A DNA stretch of 64,000 bases from Balanoglossus misakiensis (lineage: Eukaryota; Animalia; Hemichordata). Under the pieces are notes generated by a model, which did not search any database, had not been told where the DNA came from, and was given only the letters and a program-made list of their open reading frames with translations. Location of the stretch: contig CM082578.2 of NCBI GenBank assembly GCA_040954595.2, positions 15,670,998-15,734,997 of the forward strand, given 5' to 3'. This document shows positions 12,733 to 26,200 of the stretch, in pieces (the first letter of the stretch is position 1; the number at the start of each line of letters is the position of its first letter). Made by a program: the position numbers and the translations under genes.

Positions 12733-15700
12733 ATGAAGATCATGGCCACACAAACCAAAAACGGGGTTTCGAAACTTAACCGCCTATCGTTGGCGCTGGT
12801 GACAACACTTGGTCTTCTCTTCGTAGTTGTTGCACTCAGAACTGCAACTTTTCCTTCAAAGCAACCACTTGTTCAAGAATGCAGTCCTTACGATACCGAT
12901 TTCATCGCCGCAAACAACCGACTCAAGCACAACCTGCAGCGGGCAATCACTTTTCAAACAATCTCATTTGAGCCTCACAATCAAAACAGAGAAGAACTGT
13001 CAAAGTTTGCCGACTTTCTTCGAGAAGGTAACACTTTCTTAAGTCATATTATTTGTTGATCTCAAGATAGCATGTCGACGAAGGAAATGCGGTCAGCAGG
13101 AAACCTAGTACCTCTGCTCTTGTTTCAATATCTGTCTTATCACACAGAAAATATGCGACAATGCGTAATTTATACTGATAAATGGATAAGCTACCCAGGT
13201 GACGGATAGTTTAAGTAGCCATAATTTATCAAAGTGGTAATTCACCCGCAGCAGGTTGGATATAGAAATAGCCGCACCCCTTCAGTTAAATAGGTATCTA
13301 CAATTTAGTGCGCAACTGAGATGCATCTTCAACTACTATGAAATATATTTTTTAAGTTAAGAAAATTTCTTTTCATCACTTATATACTTAAACAATAGCT
13401 GTTGACGAAAATTATAAAAGTTGACAACTTTTAGTTCATCAAAAGAGAACAGCCCCCTCTATTGTCCAATAATATTTGCATAACTTTATTCCAGAGATAT
13501 ATGTCATTGACGAGGAAGAGAGAAAATTCTTGCTGTTCATTATTTAAGAATTGTTTCAGAGTGAATAAATAACTACCTGAAAAAAACTTGAGGGGAAAGT
13601 CTTGTATTAATGTAGAAAATTTCAAAGATACCAGACCAATAAATTCATTGGGTGTAGAAACATGTACATACCCATTCCAAATTAAACATTGTTAATAAAT
13701 GAAGTTGTCTTTTTTTTCTTTCAACTAGTATTTCCCCGAGTTCATTCATCTCCTCTGGTGAAGAGGGAAGTCATAGGTAACTACAGTCTACTACTAACAG
13801 TGATTGGAAGCAATGAAAGTCTTAAACCATACATACTTGCCGCTCATATGGATGTTGTACCAGTGGAAGGACAGTCATGGAACTATCCACCATTTCAAGG
13901 CATTGAAGAAGATGGATTTATATATGGCAGAGGAACCATAGACGATAAACACTCTGTTATGGTAGGTGGAAGAATTGTTTTGGATATAGTGATTCACATT
14001 GTGTCAAATCCTCAAATGCAACTCTACAAGATGTTATACACTTGCTGTCATATCATATGGCGTCTTACCATACATATAGTCCCAAAGAACAATATTTTTG
14101 TGGACTAACAATGCTTTGTGGACTGAAAATGAGCAAACTAAGACATTCGTCTGTATTTTGCAGGGAATATTAGAAGCTTTGGAGTTCAGACTAGAAAGAG
14201 GAGAAAAACCTAAAAGGACAGTATACATTGCTCTTGGACATGATGAAGAGGTGAGAGACATGTATGTCAATACATGTTGCTATTAGACAAGTACATGAAC
14301 ATTTTGTGAGACTCTATCTTCTTTGAATCAATGCAGGTGTCCGGTTTTGAAGGAGCCCTGTCCATCGCTCAGACATTGGAGTCGAGGAAAGTTGATGTTG
14401 AATTTCTAATTGATGAAGGAATGACTATTGTAGATGGTATTATCCCCATGATGTCAAAGAAAGTAGCATTGTAAGTATCAGTGAGTTTAATTCAAGCTTG
14501 TTCATCTCTTAATTCTGCAAGTATTATGTAAGTCGAAATGACACAAGCTTGAAAGACAATAAAAATTAAACTTGCTTGGATTTTTGTTTCTTGCAAGGAT
14601 TGGTGTAGCAGAGAAAGGCTACTTGACCGTGACAGCTGTGTTGAACACAACAAACACAGGACACTCCTCCATGCCACCAAGACATTCAACGATTGGCAAA
14701 TTAGCCCAGGCTATAACAAGGTACATTTGTATTTGTCGAACAATTAGTTGATGATGAGAAGGTATAGGAATAGTTTTGGTGTGTGTTTTTTGACAGGTTA
14801 TGTTTTCCAATTGGTCTTCAGAATGCAAATTTTGTAAATATCAAGATGATAAAATAATTGGATGTTTCTTTTTTTGTATCCAGGTTAGAAGCTAATCCAT
14901 TGCCTAACATGTTTTGTAAAGGACCTGAACAGGCAATGCTTGAAGATTTAGCCACTGAGGTATAAATCAGATTATCCTGACTACATAGCATGGATTGTTT
15001 GAGATGACGATGATGACTGATTTGCACTGTGGAAATAAACTCGTTTCCAGTTTTAAATTGATAAACTGAAACTTCCTTATTGTTTTGTTGAGGCCAAATT
15101 AACAGCTAGATTTTCACATAACTCTGAACCACTGTTTATCTCTCACCAGATGACTTTGACTGGTCGTGTTGTCATGAGTAATTTGTGGCTGTTTTCACCG
15201 GTGGTTAGTTGGATAATGTCATTGAAACCAAGTAGTGATGCTGTGTCCAGGACTACAACTGCTGTAACTATGTTCAGTGGCGGAATGAAGGCAAGTTATT
15301 TGTGGTGATGGGGAAATACTGACCAGTTCCCCGGCTCAAACACAGTATCTGGTAAAAGCAATTGCCAATTTAGGAATACGACCAGTTTCCACCCTTCTTT
15401 GATAAAACTGCAGTAATATACAGCACATGATTTCTTCATTGCAGGAGAATGTTCTTCCACACATGGCTACAGCCACCATCAACCACAGAATACATCCTGC
15501 TCAGACGGTTGATGAGGTAAACTAAATTATCACTTTCATATGTTTGGTTTTGTTTTCTCATCTATTGAGATTGTTCTGTATGTGAAATAATACATTCAGG
15601 TGTTACATGATGCTAGTTGTCTGTATTCGCCCTAAGACAGCTGAACGTTGGTTGTAATTAGCAATCCCAGTCTTTTTGACATCATGTCTGTTTTAACTTT

Positions 15701-16315
15701 ACAGGTTTACAAGCATGACTATCAGATTCTAAATCAAGTGATGGCAAATGACAAAGACAAGATACATCTAATCAAACAAGACGCTTTGGAGCCCTCACAC
15801 ATTTCACCTCATGATGAACAAAGCTTCGGTTACCAAACTATTGTGAAAAGTATCAGACAAGTTTTCCCAGATGTTGTTGTTGCTCCAGGTAAAAGGATAT
15901 GTTTTCATTTCAATTCACTGTTCTCAGTCCACACCTTTGATGATGGCATGGTTTATCATCTATAAAAAAGTGCTGTTACAAATGATGATATATTCATAAG
16001 ACCGATATACATTGACAAAAAATTACTGCACGATTTAAATGTTCATGCCTGTACTTAGAACAAAATCTCTACAATTGTATTTCAGGTACAATGATTGCCA
16101 ACACTGACACCCGACATTTCTGGAACTTGACAAAGAATATCTATAGATTTGTACCTTCTATAGTGGGTCCAACAGATACATCACGATTCCACGGCGCAAA
16201 TGAAAGGATATCCATCCGAAACTATGAACAGATTGTCAACTTTTATTATCATATGATGGTGAACGCAGATCAAGAAAAGTTAGACTTGCCACATTCTCAC
16301 ACAGCAGAGCTATGA
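12733..16315 (+). CDS. PM20D1: N-fatty-acyl-amino acid synthase/hydrolase PM20D1 (peptidase M20 family), about 524 aa
   Basis: Exons: 12733-13027, 13729-13961, 14164-14250, 14337-14470, 14598-14720, 14884-14959, 15150-15290, 15445-15516, 15705-15888, 16086-16315 (1575 nt, in frame). N-terminal hydrophobic segment, then M20 metal-ligand motifs [55 protein letters not shown] at 16752. Confidence 0.95.
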
Positions 16316-16565
16316 TTGGCAGTTCCTGATGATAGGAGAGCTATGATTGGACAGCTCATTAAGTAATCTCACAAAGTAACCTGTGATTGGATAGTTGAAA
16401 ATGACATTTTGACAGCATGGGCAGCTTACAATGGTATTCTTACAAAACAAAGCTATTATTGGGCAGCTGAAAAGGACACTAGTATTTCTACACAAAAAAC
16501 TATTATAGGCAGCTTAGAATATTTTTACACAAAAAGCTATTCTAGGGCAGCTGAAAATGATATGG
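16305..16565 (+). repeat. Degenerate tandem repeats starting at the PM20D1 stop codon
   Basis: agagctatgattgg occurs twice, followed by several related units (gctattattgggcagctgaaaa, gctattctagggcagctgaaaatga). Confidence 0.5.
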
Positions 16566-17226
16566 TTGAAAGGGTTAAGCAATGATCAACTTTTAATGAC
16601 AGAATTTAAAATGAATCAAAATTTTGTATGAATTTATGCACTTTTTTAAGATTTATGATTCTAATTACTTGAGTTTTATGAACACAGAGGTGGAGAGTCA
16701 CTCACTAATGCTGTACCTATTCTGGCATATCTGCCAAGTGTACATATTTTGAATAAATACCACTGATGTTAGCAAAGATTTTTTGTGTACAATGTCTCTG
16801 TCTTGTATGGAAGTAATTATCAAAATGTGCGTAGAGGTATGTTACAGAGAAAATGACACTGCATTTGTAGCTAACCATAAACCATCACCTCCCACAAACA
16901 ACTTGATAAATGACAACAGTGAAATTTGCAGGTATTTGAAGCAAATGTCCCGAAGTAAAGGCTACTTAAGTTGCTACACTGAAATCTCCATGTCTTACTT
17001 GAACAAGAAACATAACACAAACTTTAAGTATCAAAAACTGCTTCCAAAATAAATTAACTCCTTTAAGTTTTCAAGAAATGGCAGTGTAGAATGTCAGACA
17101 CAAGTAATCTAAGTTGACATTATTAACAAGAAATCTGGTCTCGGCATTTCTGAACACAAGCCCAACTAAAACAACACAACGTAAATGATCATCAAATATG
17201 CCACGTCCAAATGCCAAAAGATTGTT

Positions 17227-20200
17227 TCAGTAGACCTCGCTGAGTTCATTCTCATGTTCACCTCCATGTGTCTCATTTTCATTGCTGCCAACACTTTCTT
17301 CCTCCATTGCCTGACAACAGAATAATAAAACAATCAGTGGAAATTACAAAGGCAATATTCACACCCTGAAGAAGACATTTTAAGGCAAGACTACCCACCT
17401 TGCCCCTTCAAATTATCTTTGACACACCCTTACATATACTGTCATCACCACTAACATCACTACCATCACCTGTAACATGTGTAACACTGTCATCACCACT
17501 TACCACATCACTGTCATCATCGTCCGGCAAATCTTCTTCCTCACCACTCTCATCTTCTGCGTCTGCTTCTGTTCTTGACATTTGAGATAATATCTCTTCA
17601 CCCTAGTTTTAAATCAAAGAATCAAAGTCATCTACTCTTCCTGTATTATCTGCTGTACACTTCTATGGTTGGTATTTGCCCTGTGAACAACACAGGCATG
17701 AACAACACAGGCATACCCTAAACTGAAATTTCCCCATAATCTCCACCCCCTCCTGTGTAAGAAATAATCACTAGAAGTCTGTGATGGATCCTCAAGGAGC
17801 AAAACCAACCTGCAAGTCTCTGTTCTTCAAATTGCCAATCCAGAAAGCATCATGGCATTGATGAAGTGCCAACATGGCTTTGACTCTGTACACAAACGTC
17901 TCAAGACATTTCTTCATTGGGGGCACATGGTTAGTGAGAGATACATCTTTCAGTACCTAGGAGATACAAGAATGGGAAAAATCTTGGTTGAGGCAATGGT
18001 GATGAGATAATTTTGACGCTCAAGTTGCGAGACAAAGATGAAAGTTGTGGCACCCTGATTTGATACAAAGCAATGGATTACCTTAGTGTGACTGCACATA
18101 TGTTGCAATGTTCTTGTGCTCTGTTGTAAATTCTTCAACAACCCTTGGACATCTTCTCTGTGGTGTCGGAAAATTTTATCCAACATTGGCATTCCTTGTC
18201 TTATAAACGTCTCCACAAATATACGACCATACTATTAGTAGAAATGACAAGGGTATCATATTATTTAATATACATGTATTGCACAGGGCTGTTAAGTATC
18301 ACTCACTTCGCTTCAATGGTAAAGTCTTCTTGTGTATGTCTGGATGTGACTGCCCCTTACAGAGAATGGAATCACCTAGCCACAGCATGACACCTGCTGA
18401 GACTGTTCCAAGATTCAAAGCAAGACAGGGATGAAAAAGACAAAAAGTCTTTACCTTAAGGATCGAAGTAAGATTGACTCTTGCATCGAAAACTTTCACC
18501 AGATTGACCAGGATGTAGAGGATTTTGATGGACAGATCCCATCGCATCAACCTTTGAATTTTGACCGGCTCAGAATCTGAAGACTTCCCAACTGGGAATT
18601 TCTTGACAACGTCCACTAATTCTGTCAACATCAGTCGGTAGAAACTTGGAAAAGTACTCCTTCGATTGGAAGAGAGTGAAAAAAAAATATTTGTAATGCT
18701 AATAATTTTGAATAAAAGTGTGTGCATAGTCATCATACTGTGTTTACCGAAAATGTGAGGGTCACAAACTAGGGTGGCTTACCCATCACAAATACCGTAC
18801 AAACCTTGACAGTGTAGGATAAGTTTCTGAGCATCCGTTCTTATCTTCAATACAATTCGCAAGTTGTGGCACACCAACAGTGGCCAAGCTTTCAATAGAG
18901 GCCAAGACATCACTGGAGTATGACAGATACATCCTGAAGAAATCAAGATGTTGAACAAAAAAGATTTCTAGTGGTTAGGCTGTCTATATGAGAGGACATT
19001 CTCATGTGATACAAGACAAACAACACACAGTCTGGTTAAACGGCACAAAAGTTACAATGTTGTTGAACTTAGCACATGTTTATGTCTCGTACAAGGCTTG
19101 GATTGTATCATTTGACAAGCAATCTGCATGTATTGCTATAATAATGAACCAAGTCTCGCGAGATCTCACAATGAGTGGACAATCATCTATTGTGACTCAC
19201 TTCACCAAGAGCTGGATGCACTCATTGTACTTGGCTCCTTTGTCTTTTTCACCGTCCAATCCAAACCATTCACGTTTCAACAGCGATTCCGACAGAGCAG
19301 CTACAAGAAAATAAAAGTGCAAATGTAATTTGCCAAATACAGCTATGAACAAGTATTACCCTATGTCCAGCCATCAAACCAGCAAATTACTATGCCAATC
19401 TGTCAACTACATGTACATATACATTGAGTAATTGTTGGCAACTAAGACACTGTTTGTTCTAACAGGCAAGCCACAGTGGATATGGCACACTCCAAAGTGA
19501 TAACATACAGAATTTATTTGCTATAGGTATCCAAGAACGTACCCAGTTTTTCCGCAAATTCGTTGGTTTCATTTCTCTCACTAAGTGCACAGAGTAATTT
19601 GATGAGAGTCACTGCACTCCTGATGTCAGTCAGTGATGACGAGAAATTCTCCAGATACTGAAATGATTGCCTGAAATCAAAGACAGAAATTATCCAAACA
19701 CTACTCAGTCGTTAAATTCACAAAATTCCTGGCATGAAGAAATTTTCAGTTTTCACATAGAATTACACAGATAAAGACTTAAGCCAGATGGTTGAAAACT
19801 ATTTTACAACATGTACATCCATTCATCACAGAGTTACACTAGGATAGGTGTACCTACTTGAGGAGATCTTGATAACTAATCTGTGAATATCCAGTGGCTT
19901 TGATACGTGATGTTAACACAAGCAGAGCTTTTTTCAGAAGAGGTTTATTCTCACTCATGACAAATCCACTCCTACAAAGAAAAATAAAGAGTATTCAGAA
20001 AAGTCAAACTGGGATTAAACAAACAAAAGACTTAGAGATTGTGTATGTTGGGGGCGTTTTCCATGGACGAGACATGTGAACTTTGATGCTGGGGAAAATT
20101 GAAGATGCCATTTCAAACAAAACCTCAAAACTTGGTCCAAGGTTATCGTGGCTTTACAGTCATAACTTCGACCATTTCACCCCCATTTTGCCGTATTAAA

Positions 20201-23200
20201 GGTCCAGCACTGCTATTGTAACAACAGACCATGGTGGTGAAAGGGTTTAAAGGAACTTACCAAGAGAAGAGACTGTTAAGGGACTGTAACAAGAGATGAA
20301 AACAGCGTGCGATGCGTTGAGCTTCATCCGTATGCATTCCAGGTCCATCAATCAAACCATCATTATCAGCAATCAATGTCTTCAAAATAAAACAGTCAGT
20401 TCTGATCATAATACACGTTTGGCATTTTCAGATTAATATTACCAACTAGACTAACCCTGAAAATATTCTGTGTCAGAGTCAAGAAGAACTTGTGATAAAT
20501 GACTGGTAAACGCTGGTATTGTAGCTAAACTCATAAGTAAATACAGTGAAAGTTGATGCAGGAGTGAAAGAATGGAGTTAAGAGGGTTGGGGTTATCTTT
20601 TTTGGGGAGAAGTAGTCAGAAATTAAAAGGTAATGTAGTTGGGTTTTTGCTAAGCCTTGTGACTGGCAGGTGGTACTGGTAAGTGATTGGTAAGTGACTG
20701 CTAAATGACAACATATGCTGGACAAGTCCACACCAACACGCTGATCAAGAAGATCACCTTTACCTGAAAGAATCCACTGGCACTCTCTAGATGATCACAC
20801 AGCGCAGGTAATAATTGAATGGCTTTTTTCACAATGTCAACACTGTTGTAGAGATCCAAGTGAGAGAACCCTGCATTCTTGTCACTCTTTGTCTACATTT
20901 CAAAAGAGAAAACAGAATCAACTTATCAGTGACAACCTTATCAGTGACATCATCTAGTTTGTTGATGGCACGTGTACACAGATTAGGGAATCTATTACCC
21001 AATTTTAGGAGCCACCAAAATGTGAAAGTGTTGCAAAGTGGAGCCTAATTGAAGGAATAAACAGTCCCAAGGAAACACTGAAGAGATGGATGATATTTCA
21101 TGATGTAAAACAGACATACTTTCAAAAACGTTCTTCTTTTGGAGGCGGATGCAATCAGTGCATGGTCCAGCTTCTTTGATAAATCTGTAAGGAGGAATTC
21201 TAACTGAGGGGGTTGGATCTGTAATACAGTTGTCTCCTGCAATAAAGAAAAGAATGTAACAGACATGTTTATGGGGGGGGGGGAGTTGTCATTTTTTGGG
21301 GGAGCATATAGGGGAATAATTCTAACAAGTCATTGAAAAAAGAAAAAAAAGTTAATTATTGTCAGTGGAAATGAACTCCAAATTGCTGGATTATTTTCTT
21401 CTTCTTTTTCAATTAATTAGTTTTGGAAATTATAGCAGGAAATTAATCTTATAAATTTATCCATCACCGGTCATTTGATATGAAGATTAAATTAAAAAAA
21501 ATTAATGACTGAAATTGTTTCATGTCCATGCTACAAGTTAGACAATAAAATGTAACCGGAAAATATAATTAAACTTAACAAGGCTATCAATGAAGGGAAA
21601 TAATTAGTTTAATTGATTTTTAACTACATGAATAAGTATATAAGTCTGTAAAGAACTCGCTGGTACCATTGCCTGCAGCAGACACAATGAATTCAACACT
21701 ACAAACATTGGTTGTTTTGTTCATGGTTGCAACATTGGTTGCATCGGAGCTGACGAAGAATGATGCATTGGGAAGACTGGAAAGAGGTAAAAATAAGAAG
21801 AAGAAATGCAAGTGCACAGAAGAGCTGTCTGCACTGGAGGAAAGAATTGTCCTGCTGGAGAACACAGTGATGGCACAAGGTGAACAAATGGCCGGTCTGG
21901 CACAGGCGAACGCTGATATGGCCGGAAATTTTGAAGAAGTCTACAACATGATTAATGAAATGTCAGAGCAAAGTGTTGTAAGTATTACCTGAGCATTTAC
22001 TTTTTTTATAACAAGACGAGAGCTTAATAGCGTTCATTTCCCAGATGCATTCAATATGAGTTAGGGAAGGCAGAAATAAATTTTGTTTTCTGAAAAGGAT
22101 GTCCCCACCGACTTGTTTCCCATTTGCATTTTGCTGGCAGGCATTAGCTGAACAACTGTCCGGAATGGTGGGTCAACTTACATCAATGATGTCAGGTGCC
22201 GGAATGGATGGCATGATGGAACCAATGGGAGGATGAAATGTTGATACCCACAAAATAACACAGTGATGTACTCAGTGGTGCATTGTAAAATGTATTGTAC
22301 AAAGCAAGACTACGATATACCAGTGAAATAAACCAATAGTTGCAAGACAAACTATGCTCCGCAGTCTCTGTTACTACATGTATAAGTGGTTTGAACTTGG
22401 GATGATATTTTACAAAATTGCATTTTTCATCAACGGCATTCCGCTCAGCCTTATGTAAATATTTATAGTAGAAACCTCAACTTTATAATCTAACATTATG
22501 GAATACACACATAATACGAGGAAAGCAATTCTTACCAAAACTTTGGAAAAAGTGGGTTTGAAGATTGACAAACTCACCTTGGTATGCATATCTGTGTCTA
22601 AGACAGCTTTAGTGACCAAACCACAATTCAGGATGTTAAACACATCGATGTCCAACTCTCGGAAAAAAGCTCTGTACTGTGACAGATCAATGGTAGGTTT
22701 GTTGATCTCGCCAGAATTGTCTTTCATTGCTGAGTCTTTATCAACCTGTGTGCTTGCAGTCACATTGAGCTGTGATTGAGTACAGGTAGTATTTGCATTT
22801 TCCTTTTCTGTTGTTTTCTTGCTGTAAAGAATAATAACAGCAATGTCAGTTTTTTCCATACATTTCTCTTTTTGGCATGGTCATCAAAAAGTGACTTTAG
22901 ACCTGTGTTCAAATTCCAACACACTGAAAACAGTTGCAATGTTACTACTCACCTCTTTGCTTTTCTTCCTTTCTTGGCTGTTGTACCAGATGTACTCGCT
23001 CCACTGGGAACAGCAGGGACACTGGTCTCATCGCTGTCAAAATTAGCCAATGGTGGGACATATCCTGGGGTGGCTAAATTGATACAGAAACAGCCCTCAG
23101 AATCATGTTAAAAATGGATTTGATGAAGGCTTTTATTTCCTTAGAAAGCCATTCCAGTCATATAATCCACAGTACTGTCCAGTGTTCACGATATCTCTAA

Positions 23201-26200
23201 TCAATAAAATTATTTCATTCATTCATGTCTAAGTTTACCTTGTAGGCATTTTTCCAGTAGATTCTGCATCTCTGTGATATTCTGCAACCTTGACAAGACT
23301 TTGCCCTTCATCTCTGAGTCAGTCTGACCGGCAAATGCATTGATAATCTGAAGGCAGGAATACCAAGACAAACGTAATTTCTGAAAATTTCTAAAATGTC
23401 GATACCATCCAATTTTGACATTTCTGTGAACTGTTAAAATCTGAATACGTAAAGAGTACCTGTAATGTGTGCATATTTGGGAAAAGTGTGCTATATACTG
23501 GAATTGAAAATTTGCGTAAATCTAAAAGGATTGAGACTAATCAAAATACCAGATGTGAACTCACCTCCCTGAACCAATTCAATGTAAGGAATGCAGATGT
23601 GCACATCAACTCTTTTTCAGGTCTTGCCAGTGATTCGATTTTGTCAACATATTCTCTGGAAAATATGTAAAGTGGACATCCCAGCAAAGCATCTATGCCT
23701 TCCAAGTCTCCATTGTGTTCCGTTTGTTCACAGATACGGAGAAGTCGGAAATGTGGAGATAGACAGATTGGCGATACATGTCTGGCACCAAAAAAAGAAA
23801 AATATTACACAAATGTATCCAGAATAAAAACACTATTTTTTGGCATCAAAAGTTGATATTACAAACAGGGACAGCAGTAGTTATAATGTGATGGCATGTT
23901 TATATGTCACAGATGAAATAAATCAAAACTTTTATAGTATTTTATGTTTGCGTATTCACTTGGGCTCTGAGCTTAAGTTGAAGACTCGTCAATTAAATAT
24001 CTCACAGGATATGAGACAGCCAAACACCAGCCAAGTGTTACAGTTCCTCAACTTACCAGAAGTGAAATCAATTTACCTTTCATCATCTTTGTTCTTGTTT
24101 GCAACACTTGGATTGAGTTTCCGTTGTTCTGATTCCTGCAACAATGGTAATAAGTTGACAACGATTCCACCTTCAGTGTTGTCCTCTTCGAGATCAAATG
24201 CTATCTCCATTGGAATCACTCCATCGCTGAGAAATGTTGGAGAAGTTACTCATTGCCTAGGGAGTGCGTGTATGTGTGTGTTTGTGCCTGAATTTATGTG
24301 ATTTTTATAAACGTCCGAAACATTAATATGGTAAAGGAACAACTTGTACCAGTAGATTGTTTAATACACAGCAAAACTTATAGTTGATACAAATCTCATC
24401 TACTCTTAATTTAACAATGGATGGCAAATCCAGTGGCTCATTTAATGAAGGCAGTGAAGTTAGCAACCTACCTTGGCGGTTTATCACTTTCATTGTCCAC
24501 AATGAAATCATCTTGGAAGTCGCTAAGTATAGATTCATTGATGCATTGCTGGAAGTCAACAAGTTTAACATATTAGATGTTTTATGAATCTGATGGTTAC
24601 TTGACGTTAAATTAGCATTAATGCCCGTTAGGCGACATAAAGATAAAGAGAGAGAGAGAGAGAGAGAGAGGAAGATGTCTCACGTCTCACCTCTACTTGA
24701 GGATCCATTTCACGTCTCTGAACAACAGCTGATAATTCATCAAAGAACAAAGCTGCCGTCTCCGGCAATCGACTGCTGCTGCTACGGACCAATTCTAACA
24801 ATGCAATCACCTTGGAAACAAATCAGAAGAGAATTAGTTATCACCGGTCAGAATAATAAATCTATAAAATAACTAATTTACATTTCTTAAGCTTTTCCAA
24901 ACAAACCAAATCATAACATTTAACCTAGCTGCATATTCTATAAAAACAAGGAGTCGGTACCAAACAATTACAACTTGTACCAGACTGTCTGTCAAACCAG
25001 GTTTGCATTCTGTCAAACTTGAAAGAAAATATATAAAAGAACTTCACATTTCTTGATGATGTATTTAAGCAGTCACTGACCTGTTTGTAGTTGCTGTTGT
25101 CAATACTGGATATAGTCAGTGACTCAGAATGATCACCACATTCCGATTCCGAAGCTGCTTTGGAATTATAGGCCATATTGTGGATGATTGTTATTGCTCC
25201 AATTACTCCTATCCGTTTATATTTGGAGTTGTTACTTGACAGTTGTTTTCTGATGACCATGTGCATATCATCCTATCAATGTCAAAGTCAAACATTAACA
25301 CATATCAGTAATTAATCACAATCAAAGTATTCAAAACTTCTGCAACGGACAAATTCATACACCCCTTCATTACACATTCACTGAACACTAAAACATGCAC
25401 CGAGGGTTGCTTTATTTCAAATATTTATAATTAATACTTCAATCTGCAATTCCAGAAAGAAAAGAATCATTCTGTATACTCTAGTGAACTAGGAGATGTG
25501 ATACGTTATTTCAAACACTGACCTGAATCAGGCTACCGTTGGGATTGTTTCTGAAAGCCAGATTGCTCAACATTGAGAAGACTTTTCTGATTTGCGGCGT
25601 CGACAGGTTATCTAGGTAGTCTAAGACACCCTAAAATAAAGAGAAATAACATCAATAATGTACACATAACATCTTAACATATCAACAAGTGAGGACATAG
25701 AAATGTTTCAAAATGGCCAATTGTACAAAAATTACTGAAATTACCGTACAGTGTAAACTTACTTTGATAAACACAGCGAATGGAGCCATGGCTGTAGGCT
25801 TACTTTCAACAAGATCACAGAGAATATCCAGAGATGAATCCACCTCCCCAGCATAACCACTGCCAATATGAGTAACCAGGGCTCCAATTATCTCCTGAAA
25901 AGTTCAACAAAAGCAATTTTCTCACTTTTGTTGTTCACATGTGAAATTAAAATGATCCAGAAAATGTACTATCGTGCAAGCAAATTTGGAAATGTTCACC
26001 AGGTCATACAATTCAAAATGCTTTATAAACTATTGTAGGAACAGTCAGAATGTCTAACTTCATCACATTTGTTTGATATTGACATATCACAGTCTCTTCT
26101 TTTGTACTATACCTGTTGACAATACAGATCGAAATGAATGAAGGCTTGCTTGTAGAGAGTACATCCAAAATGAGTGATTGGGGGCTCCGGTGACCTCAGC

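Noticed and set aside
17393-17399. GTGGGT as donor of the FANCD2 penultimate exon
   Set aside because: An in-frame TGA at 17410-17408 precedes it; the GTAAGT at 17503 keeps the frame.
21669-21992. ORF-track version of the nested gene (TTG start, ending VVSIT)
   Set aside because: The eukaryotic start is ATG 21687, and the frame splices at 21977 to a second exon.
24051-24057. Stronger-looking GTAAGT donor 20 nt beyond FANCD2 exon 24077-24226
   Set aside because: Using it would include an in-frame TAA; the GTAAAT donor at 24076 maintains the frame.
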